Below are positions 19,498 through 27,225 of a stretch of DNA of 60,936 bases, in pieces; position 1 is the first letter of the stretch; each line of letters starts with the position of its first letter. The position numbers and the translations under genes are program-made. The stretch lies in NCBI GenBank assembly GCA_964597265.1, contig CAZQWJ010000001.1, forward strand, positions 1 to 60,936, read 5' to 3'. The stretch comes from an uncultured Candidatus Saccharibacteria bacterium. GTDB lineage: Bacteria > Patescibacteriota > 4484-211 > JAGQKX01. The notes below the pieces were generated by a model, which saw nothing but the letters and a program-made list of their open reading frames with translations, was not told where the DNA came from and made no database searches.

Positions 19498-21696
19498 ATG
19501 AGCGATCTTGGTGCATTTTTTACTTTCTATATAACGGTCTTACTCCTCGGTCTTGCTGGTTGGCCATTGGCACGTACTGCATTGCCATCCTTTCCTGACA
19601 AGGGATGGGTATTAAGCAAAAGCATCTCATTACTCCTGGTCTCATATGTGGCCTGGCTTCTGGGCATGGGCGAGTTACTTGCATTCACCCGACCAAACCT
19701 TCTGCTCATTACCCTTGTCTTAGCGCTGATCTGCTGGCTGCCATACCTAGCCAAAACACGACAACAGGGTACCTTTAAGAGAGCCTCCCTCAAAGGTATA
19801 CGCCACCACTCAACCTTTAAGCTCATTCTGATCCAGGAGGTAGTATTCATTGCTGTATTGGGTTTTTGGGCAATTGTTCGTGCGTATAATCCGGACATCT
19901 TTGGTCTAGAAAAATATATGGACTATGGTTTCTTGCTTTCGATACTTCGCGCTGATTACTTTCCACCGCTTGATCATTTTTTTGCAGGTGAGTCCATAAA
20001 TTATTACTACTTTGGCCATCTGATGGGTGCGATCCTGACACGCCTATCTACCGTACCACCAGCAGTGAGTTACAACTTGCTGATTGCATACTTAGGTGCG
20101 ATGACATTTATAAGTAGCTTTAGTGTTTCTGTTGCACTCATAACCCGCTCACTCAAACGCTCCGTGCTCAGTACCACAACACTTATGGCCGGACTGCTTG
20201 GTGGCGCATTTACAGGAATCATAGGCAACCTCCATGCTGCACTTAATATCTTTGATTACAAAACCTATTGGTACGCCAATGCCAGCAGACTGATCCCGTT
20301 CACGATCAACGAATTCCCGGTGTATAGCTTTGTTGTCGCGGATCTACACGCACACGTCAACAACCTGCCCACTGTGCTACTTATCATTGCGCTGCTTGTA
20401 CAATTGGTCACCACGTGGTGGGGCAATGATGGCACTGCCACACCCACATTGCGTCGAGCATATCGCGATCCGGCATACCTCTTGCTTATCATGGCAATTG
20501 GCTCATCATATGCAACCAATGCGTGGGATTATCCTATCTATCTCGTGCTGACCGCCTGTGTGTTTTTCTGTTTTACATATCGCTCTCAAACAACTACCAC
20601 AAAAGCCCTCCTGCGGCTGCTTTCTTCCGTGGAGCGTACTGCACAACTAATCATTCCTTTGTTTGTTGCGTCGTTTGTTTTATTCATCCCATACTGGCGA
20701 ACTGTGATACCGCCTTCACAAGGGATTGGCCTGGTAGCTGATCAGTCACCCCTAACGTTAGTACTAATTCTATGGGGGATGTTCTTCTTTTTGAGCGCGA
20801 GTTTTGTTGGATTTGTTTTTCGGGAGAGAGTGGGACATGTGGTTCGAAACATGGTTTCAAAAAGCACATCCATACCTCCTACCTCCTCATTCCCGCTAAA
20901 CAGGTATGATATTTTCGCCATGGTGTTGATGGCAGTGGCATTATCCCTGATCATCATTCCCGAGATCGTGTACGTCAAAGACATCTATCCCCAACATTAC
21001 CGAGCCAATACCATGTTCAAGTTGTACTACCAAGCCTGGGTCATGTTTTCAATCGCTACGGCGTACGGGTTTGTCCGAATAGCAAAAATTATCAAGCAGG
21101 GAATCACCAACAACTTCTGGATTACAAATGTACTCATCCAATATGTGTTGATTGCGGCAACATTGTTGTATCCGTACTTAGCGGTCAATTCCGCAACTGG
21201 CAGTTTTCGCGAATACCAGGGACTCAATGGTATCGCACACCTTACCAGACAGTATCCGGACGACGCCGCAGCTATCGACTGGCTTAATCAGAACATAACT
21301 GGACAGCCAACAGTGTTAGAAGCAGTCGGCGACAGCTACACAGAACACGCACGCGTATCGGCAAACACCGGCTTACCAACCGTACTAGGCTGGCAGGTGC
21401 ACGAGTGGTTGTGGCGCGGGAGCTATGGCGATCCTGTCGTTCCTCCTTCCAAGGTGCTCAAAGAATATGGTGCTGACTCTGTTTCCCAACGCAATAGTGA
21501 CGTACACACCATCTATTCCAGTACTGATCCGGAAGAAGTACAGCGGCTTCTGCAGAAATACAGAGTCGATTACATTTTTATCGGGACACTAGAACGAAAC
21601 AAGTACCCTCTCTTACAAGAGACAGTGCTCAAGGACCTGGGTACAGTTGTCTATGAAGAAGGTACTACCATAATCGTCAAAACTATCTTAAGATAG
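19498..21696 (+). CDS. DUF2298 ('YYY' motif) polytopic membrane protein, GT-C-like
   Basis: 732 aa. The 'ESINYYYFGHLMG' motif is characteristic of the Chlor_Arch_YYY/DUF2298 family. Many TM helices and a C-terminal soluble domain. Confidence 0.7.
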   Translation: MSDLGAFFTFYITVLLLGLAGWPLARTALPSFPDKGWVLSKSISLLLVSYVAWLLGMGELLAFTRPNLLLITLVLALICWLPYLAKTRQQGTFKRASLKGIRHHSTFKLILIQEVVFIAVLGFWAIVRAYNPDIFGLEKYMDYGFLLSILRADYFPPLDHFFAGESINYYYFGHLMGAILTRLSTVPPAVSYNLLIAYLGAMTFISSFSVSVALITRSLKRSVLSTTTLMAGLLGGAFTGIIGNLHAALNIFDYKTYWYANASRLIPFTINEFPVYSFVVADLHAHVNNLPTVLLIIALLVQLVTTWWGNDGTATPTLRRAYRDPAYLLLIMAIGSSYATNAWDYPIYLVLTACVFFCFTYRSQTTTTKALLRLLSSVERTAQLIIPLFVASFVLFIPYWRTVIPPSQGIGLVADQSPLTLVLILWGMFFFLSASFVGFVFRERVGHVVRNMVSKSTSIPPTSSFPLNRYDIFAMVLMAVALSLIIIPEIVYVKDIYPQHYRANTMFKLYYQAWVMFSIATAYGFVRIAKIIKQGITNNFWITNVLIQYVLIAATLLYPYLAVNSATGSFREYQGLNGIAHLTRQYPDDAAAIDWLNQNITGQPTVLEAVGDSYTEHARVSANTGLPTVLGWQVHEWLWRGSYGDPVVPPSKVLKEYGADSVSQRNSDVHTIYSSTDPEEVQRLLQKYRVDYIFIGTLERNKYPLLQETVLKDLGTVVYEEGTTIIVKTILR

Positions 21697-21701
21697 AACT
21701 A

Positions 21702-22133
21702 ATGAGACACTCCTTTGCAATTTTTGTTCTGCTATTTGCTTTCTGTTCATTGACGCTTGTTGCTCCCATAACTGCGCAAGCTCAACGCCCGACACCGGAT
21801 GTAGTCTGTCGGACAGATCCAAGTGATCCCGACAGTGACCCTGACCCCAGCCAAACATACATCGCCATTATCAACGACTGTGTTAATGTAGAAAGTTTCT
21901 TAACGTTTCTACTCAACCTCTTTATAATTGCTGGTGTCTTAGCCGCTATATATCGGATCTCAATAGGCCTCTTTCTTATTAACACCGCCTTAGGTGATCC
22001 CACCAAATTACAAAACGGGCGAGAAGCACTCACAGAAGCTGTGGTAGGATTATTAATAGTAGTTGGCGCGTGGGCATTGATTCAGTTTATAGAATCTTTT
22101 GCACCCGCTAATTGGTTCCTAAACCTAGCGTAG
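21702..22133 (+). CDS. VirB2/TrbC-like T4SS pilin paralogue 1
   Basis: Signal peptide ending 'ITAQAQ', a Cys pair (VVCRTD...NDCVNV), and two TM helices separated by a short polar loop. The C-terminal helix 'EAVVGLLIVVGAWALIQFI' aligns with paralogue 3. Confidence 0.6.
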   Translation: MRHSFAIFVLLFAFCSLTLVAPITAQAQRPTPDVVCRTDPSDPDSDPDPSQTYIAIINDCVNVESFLTFLLNLFIIAGVLAAIYRISIGLFLINTALGDPTKLQNGREALTEAVVGLLIVVGAWALIQFIESFAPANWFLNLA

Positions 22134-22147
22134 AAACGTAACATAAT

Positions 22148-22465
22148 ATGACTGTAGATTGTGCAAATCCAGCTCCAGGTTATTCCGTCCTCTCATACCC
22201 CGAGTGTACGATGTATGTCATAGGGCAAATGATAGTCGCGATGATCTATGCTTTGATGATCGTCGGTGCAATAGTCACATTATTTTCGTTTTTCTATGCT
22301 GCATGGTTATACATATTTGCAGCGGACGATCGAGAAAAAACGCAGCGTTCTCGGAGTGCAATGGTATGGTCGGTTGTTGGACTGTTCGGTATTACTACAA
22401 TCTTTATTGTCTTCCGATTTGTTGTTGATATTGTTCCTAACCTCAATGCATTCATCCGTTTTTGA
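22148..22465 (+). CDS. VirB2/TrbC-like T4SS pilin paralogue 2 (no obvious signal peptide)
   Basis: 105 aa. A Cys pair (DCANP...PECTMY), two TM helices, and the loop 'ADDREKTQRSRSAMVWSVVGL', which parallels 'GDNEENTKKARSMITNAVIGL' of paralogue 3. Confidence 0.5.
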   Translation: MTVDCANPAPGYSVLSYPECTMYVIGQMIVAMIYALMIVGAIVTLFSFFYAAWLYIFAADDREKTQRSRSAMVWSVVGLFGITTIFIVFRFVVDIVPNLNAFIRF

Positions 22466-22519
22466 TCGAGGCTCTTGCGGAGGTTAGTACACTGTGCTAC
22501 GCTACTATACAGATAGACT

Positions 22520-22535
22520 TAGATCTTGAGATCTA
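22520..22535. promoter_or_regulatory. operator-like palindrome overlapping a putative promoter for pilin paralogue 3
   Basis: TAGATCT-TG-AGATCTA is a 7-bp inverted repeat. TTGAGA (22526-22531), a 17-nt spacer, then TAGAGT/TATATA. A strong SD (AAGGGGGTGGAG) lies 8-9 nt before the ATG at 22579. Confidence 0.35.
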
Positions 22536-22578
22536 CTTTCTTTTCAATTAGAGTATATAAAGGGGGTGGAGCAAAGTT

Positions 22579-22962
22579 ATGACAATCAATAAAGTTTCCA
22601 AATTCACCACACGACTTGCGTTGACCGCCATAATGTTGTTGGCCACAGCGCAATCGACATTCGCTCAAGCGGTCCCAACGATAGTATTGACTCCGCCTAG
22701 TGCTGGGTTTTCCGACTTCGGTTCATTAATCTCTACCGGTTTGACCATCATCTTTATCGTCGCCGGATTGGCAGTGTTGGTGTACTTATTTATAGGTGCT
22801 TTCACCTACTTGACTGCTGGAGACAATGAAGAGAACACTAAGAAAGCGCGTTCGATGATTACCAACGCCGTGATCGGTTTGATTATTTTGGCAGCAGCGT
22901 GGGCCCTATGGCAGTTAGTCATCAACCTCGTCCCTGGCTTAGCAGAATTGCTTGGTCAGTAA
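22579..22962 (+). CDS. VirB2/TrbC-like T4SS pilin paralogue 3 (candidate major pilin)
   Basis: Signal peptide 'LLATAQSTFAQA', two TM helices, the loop 'AGDNEENTKKARSM', and its own promoter and SD. Confidence 0.6.
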   Translation: MTINKVSKFTTRLALTAIMLLATAQSTFAQAVPTIVLTPPSAGFSDFGSLISTGLTIIFIVAGLAVLVYLFIGAFTYLTAGDNEENTKKARSMITNAVIGLIILAAAWALWQLVINLVPGLAELLGQ

Positions 22963-22990
22963 CCCGTAAGGGATAGGATGAAACGCAGAC

Positions 22991-25900
22991 ATGCTGAGTA
23001 GACTATATACGTGTTTCAAATCTATTGTCACAGCAATCGCCCCAATAAGCATGGGTGTGATTGGGTTAGCAATAGTCCAGATGACAACACCGCCGGTAGT
23101 TTTCGGACAGCAAACGGAAAACAACACGGCGGTGTTTTCTGGACAGGTTATCCCTGCATTTATCGGAACTGCATATGACCCTTCGGAAGCATACCAACGC
23201 CTTGCAGGGCTTCCTATCTATGTGTTTGCCTACGATAGTTGGACTGGCGGTAATTTCATCATTAACAACTTTGCTGTACGAACGCAGATCCGATTGGATG
23301 GATCGTTCCAAGCACAAGGGTTGCCACACGGTAACCACTATGGTGTTTATTTTCCTTTTCGTTTAGAGGGAGGCAGTGTCATTAGAACCGACTGCACCGA
23401 CCCTGCTGCAAGTCCTTGCGTAGGCAGTGTCACAGGAGAAAACGTTCAGTTTAGGATGCCTCAGCGAGGTGCTGTCGGCAACCCCGATCCTGACCTTATT
23501 AAGGACATTTTTTCCTACAACATGGGAGACCCGGGGGATATTGTTGTGAACACACAAATCTCGGGCGAAACAGTGCGTCTGGGGCCGAGTTTTCTTACCA
23601 GCGAAACACGAGTTGATATCGCAAATAATACAAACACCTTTCCTTTGGTTCCAACGAGTTCTATTAAAGTGACCGTGAAGGCACACGGGCACTTTCTGGA
23701 GAGTGGAACGTTCATCGATTCAAGTGCATATGAAATTGTTGCACAGCGTGTGGTCGAGGTAGGTGGAATTACTAATCGGCTTCCTGTTGAAGCCCCTCTA
23801 ATTAAAGGTCGAACGACATTTCCTCTGCAGGCTGCTCATGATAGCGATAATCCTCACAATAACGACAGGGTATTTCAGGCATATGCTCCACCAGGCGTGT
23901 ATGCTATTACTGCGTGGCGAGCGGACGGAGCAACAACGTATTCTAGCTATGCAGTTGGCGAATCTGTTAATTCGTCTCTTACAGGACTAGCCTTTTTATA
24001 TGTCCAAGGTGGTGATGATTGGTCACTATCACTCACGAGGCGACACCTTATGCCCTTACGAGTTAATCAGTTTACACTATGGGGAAGGGTACACACCTCA
24101 ACCGGTTTAGTTGTAAATCCAACAAGCCCTCAAATAAATATCAATATGAGAAACATAAATAATAGTTCCGTCCCTCCCGTCACCCATAGCCCCAAAATGC
24201 GGAACGAAAGTTGCGACATTCCTTTTTGGACATTTAATTACGACGGTCTTTTTGTTGGTGACACAGACTGTAACGATCGTGACAATAGCAACTTAGAGGA
24301 TAGCGACCCTGTTAACCAGGATCCTCAACATAGTTACGGGCTATTCGCATTGTATGAAAGCCAATCCGTTAATTTTACCAATATACGGACTAGCATTTTT
24401 GAGGCATATGTTGATACCACCGGATACGAAAGAAACACCGTTTCCACGCAACAAATTTTCAGCAAAGACGGACCTCAACGTATAGATCTGACGGTATCTC
24501 CGATTGATACATCTCAAGGCGGTATCTTGTTAGAAGCAACTCCCCCGATCTCTATTAATACAGGTCGGCCCTCCAACCCAAGTGGAACGCAGGTATTTTC
24601 TATCCGGCCAGTGGATGAGAATATTGTAATTCCCGCATCCGGCAAAACCTACACTGCCGATATGTTAGGACAAATCAAAATCCCTCATGCAGATCTGGTT
24701 CCGCGTGGGAGAGATTTTGCACCGTACGACCTGAAGCTACTTATAAAACATCCATATTCGGAACTGTTCACCGATTATGGATGTGAAGCTGATAGTTGTG
24801 CACTGACGTATACGGGAGAACTCTTGGCACCCGCCTCAATCACACTAGCCCAAAAAGGCTTCAAAGAGCCCGAACCGTATAAATTTTTGGGGCTAATACC
24901 TGCTGATTTCCTAATGCCCAACCCACCTACAGCACTTGCTAATGTAAGCGCTGATCACGCTCACATAGAAATCGCGTTTACTGGAGCAGACTATTACCAG
25001 AGCGTAGTATATCTTAACAACGCTGGACAGGTGATTGATTCTTTGGATGAAAGTACCGTAACTGGCATGTCTGGTAATTGGACACTCAATCTTCAATTAC
25101 CATATGTGGGTCCACGTACTTGTTCAGATGGAAGCGTTATGGCTATGGAAGCGTGCCGTAGAGATGTTGACACAATGAATACCTATACTGTCGTCGCAAC
25201 CGCAGACGAAACAGTGCTATCTAAGACATTTCGTGTTCAATATAATCCCGGTGAGGATGTTGCATATGCGACCGATCCTTCATGGACCTTTGATTTTACC
25301 AATGAGTGCGATCGGCTGGAAGCAGATCTCAAAGAACAACTTGAAGCTGAAAAACAATCAAAGAAGAGGCCCGTCCGAGGGCTTGATTTTGCCACTGACA
25401 TCCTACGTAATGGTCTCATTGACTTAGAATTCAGTATCCAAGAAATCCAGGATGTTCATCTACCCAGATTAGGCTGTAACGCGAGTCTGTCTGCCAGCAG
25501 GCTTGCAGCTTCAGGCCTTCAGACTCTCCAAAGCGCACTTATCATGGAACCCCTTACTGTTTCGATAGCCGTACTGAACACATGGGAGACCATCAGAGGC
25601 CTTGCAAACGTATTCTTTATCTTCATCCTGCTCATTATAGGTATAAATCAAATCCTAGGACTTGACCAAAAAACATGGACCGCTAACACCATGTTGCCAC
25701 AATTAATTGTGGGTATTATTCTTGCAAATGTCAGTCTTCTGCTGGTTCAGTTCGTCCTAGATGTTAACAATATCCTCACTGCATGGATTTTTTCCGTTAT
25801 CTTTGGCGTTCTACAGACGTCCGGTATATCTGCTAATGCTATTGCAGGAGTGGGATTGGTCGGAACATCAGCTGCAACGTTTTCGTTCTTAAGCTCTATT

Positions 25901-27208
25901 ATCTCCGGCGGAATAGCTGGTGCAATCACATCTATAGCAGGTACAGGTGGAACTATCCTGATTCCTATACTAGGTGCCATCATCGCTGGTGCATTTGTAA
26001 TTTTTGCATTGGTCATATCGATCTTAGCTACTCTCTACGGCAGATATTTGATTATCTGGATTCTTACTATGGTAGCGCCAATTATTTTCGCTATATCAGT
26101 ATTACCTTGGGGAAGAAGTATGCGCAATATGTGGTGGAAAACCGTAATTCCGATTAGTTCCATCCAAACCATTGTGGCAGTACTGCTTTCTATCGGCATA
26201 TTGCTCTTAAGCAAAGGGGTTGAAGCTGATGGGTTACTCAATCAAGCCGGTGTCTTCTTGATTGGTGGTGCAACACTATTTATGGCAACCAAGGCTCCCC
26301 AATTTGCCGTACAACTACTGGGTGCTGGTGGTATGGCTGGTGCAGCACTTGGAGCTCTCACTGCTGTTGGTTCCAAGCTCGGCGGCGTGACTCAAGCTGT
26401 TGGGCAAAAGGTATCCCACCCTCTTACTGCGGAAGGGATCGCTGAGAGGCAAGACAGAAAAGCAACACTTCAAGGGCTTGGCTCTTCTGTTACCAATACA
26501 CGCGCGGGTAGGATTGCCAACTTCTTCACCGGTGGCACGCTAGAAAGGTCTGCATATGCCAAACATGAAGCACGGGCCAAAATCGAGAGAAGGCAAAAAG
26601 AAATACAGTCCAAAGAGAAAGCAGCATTCAGCACTTCTGTCGCCCGCAAGAAGACAGATGAATATAAAGGCAATATCCAACAAAGATTGCAACAGCAGTT
26701 CGCCACCGAGGTCCGGCCTGAGCTAGAAATTCAAAGAGATTTGGGGATTACTGACCCTCGCCTACAAAACATCAAAGCAGGTGTAAATAGTTTCTTTAAT
26801 AACTCCGAAACAAAAATTACAGTACTCAACGACGCTGGCGATCCAGTTGCAATGACAGTCCCTGAGATGAAAGCTGAACTTGTACAAAAGTTAGACATTA
26901 GTGATGCAGCCAAACCTCAACTACTAGCTGCTCTGAACAAGGCAAGTGACTTGGATAATATCGCCAAGACTCTGGCAGATAACGGCTTCAGGGATCCCGA
27001 GCTAGCAAAAAACATTAAGAGGGAACTAATAAGACGAGCACACGTAAGTGACAAAGCAAACGTATATGCCTCAGGAGCACTAGGCAGCAGAGAGTTCTCC
27101 CTAAGGGGGAGCAGGAATCGTGCAGCAGAACGACAAGCGGAAAACACCCAAGCGGCTGCTCCGCAACAAGGTGGAGGCGGTGGTGGTGCCACCAGAGGTC
27201 AATCGTAA
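22991..27208 (+). CDS. giant VirB6/TrbL-like polytopic protein with about 850-aa extracytoplasmic N-domain and charged C-terminal tail
   Basis: An N-terminal anchor, a long beta-rich region, then about 8 TM helices (roughly aa 860-1130, e.g. 'RYLIIWILTMVAPIIFAISVLPW'). A Lys/Glu/Gln-rich tail ends in 'QQGGGGGGATRGQS'. Confidence 0.55.
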   Translation: MLSRLYTCFKSIVTAIAPISMGVIGLAIVQMTTPPVVFGQQTENNTAVFSGQVIPAFIGTAYDPSEAYQRLAGLPIYVFAYDSWTGGNFIINNFAVRTQIRLDGSFQAQGLPHGNHYGVYFPFRLEGGSVIRTDCTDPAASPCVGSVTGENVQFRMPQRGAVGNPDPDLIKDIFSYNMGDPGDIVVNTQISGETVRLGPSFLTSETRVDIANNTNTFPLVPTSSIKVTVKAHGHFLESGTFIDSSAYEIVAQRVVEVGGITNRLPVEAPLIKGRTTFPLQAAHDSDNPHNNDRVFQAYAPPGVYAITAWRADGATTYSSYAVGESVNSSLTGLAFLYVQGGDDWSLSLTRRHLMPLRVNQFTLWGRVHTSTGLVVNPTSPQININMRNINNSSVPPVTHSPKMRNESCDIPFWTFNYDGLFVGDTDCNDRDNSNLEDSDPVNQDPQHSYGLFALYESQSVNFTNIRTSIFEAYVDTTGYERNTVSTQQIFSKDGPQRIDLTVSPIDTSQGGILLEATPPISINTGRPSNPSGTQVFSIRPVDENIVIPASGKTYTADMLGQIKIPHADLVPRGRDFAPYDLKLLIKHPYSELFTDYGCEADSCALTYTGELLAPASITLAQKGFKEPEPYKFLGLIPADFLMPNPPTALANVSADHAHIEIAFTGADYYQSVVYLNNAGQVIDSLDESTVTGMSGNWTLNLQLPYVGPRTCSDGSVMAMEACRRDVDTMNTYTVVATADETVLSKTFRVQYNPGEDVAYATDPSWTFDFTNECDRLEADLKEQLEAEKQSKKRPVRGLDFATDILRNGLIDLEFSIQEIQDVHLPRLGCNASLSASRLAASGLQTLQSALIMEPLTVSIAVLNTWETIRGLANVFFIFILLIIGINQILGLDQKTWTANTMLPQLIVGIILANVSLLLVQFVLDVNNILTAWIFSVIFGVLQTSGISANAIAGVGLVGTSAATFSFLSSIISGGIAGAITSIAGTGGTILIPILGAIIAGAFVIFALVISILATLYGRYLIIWILTMVAPIIFAISVLPWGRSMRNMWWKTVIPISSIQTIVAVLLSIGILLLSKGVEADGLLNQAGVFLIGGATLFMATKAPQFAVQLLGAGGMAGAALGALTAVGSKLGGVTQAVGQKVSHPLTAEGIAERQDRKATLQGLGSSVTNTRAGRIANFFTGGTLERSAYAKHEARAKIERRQKEIQSKEKAAFSTSVARKKTDEYKGNIQQRLQQQFATEVRPELEIQRDLGITDPRLQNIKAGVNSFFNNSETKITVLNDAGDPVAMTVPEMKAELVQKLDISDAAKPQLLAALNKASDLDNIAKTLADNGFRDPELAKNIKRELIRRAHVSDKANVYASGALGSREFSLRGSRNRAAERQAENTQAAAPQQGGGGGGATRGQS

Positions 27209-27225
27209 GTATTCCACAGTACACT

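Noticed and set aside
27171-27188. GGN runs (also around 31678-31700) as G-quadruplex or slippage sites
   Set aside because: They are mixed GGT/GGA/GGC codons encoding poly-Gly linkers, not uniform repeats. Coding explains them adequately.
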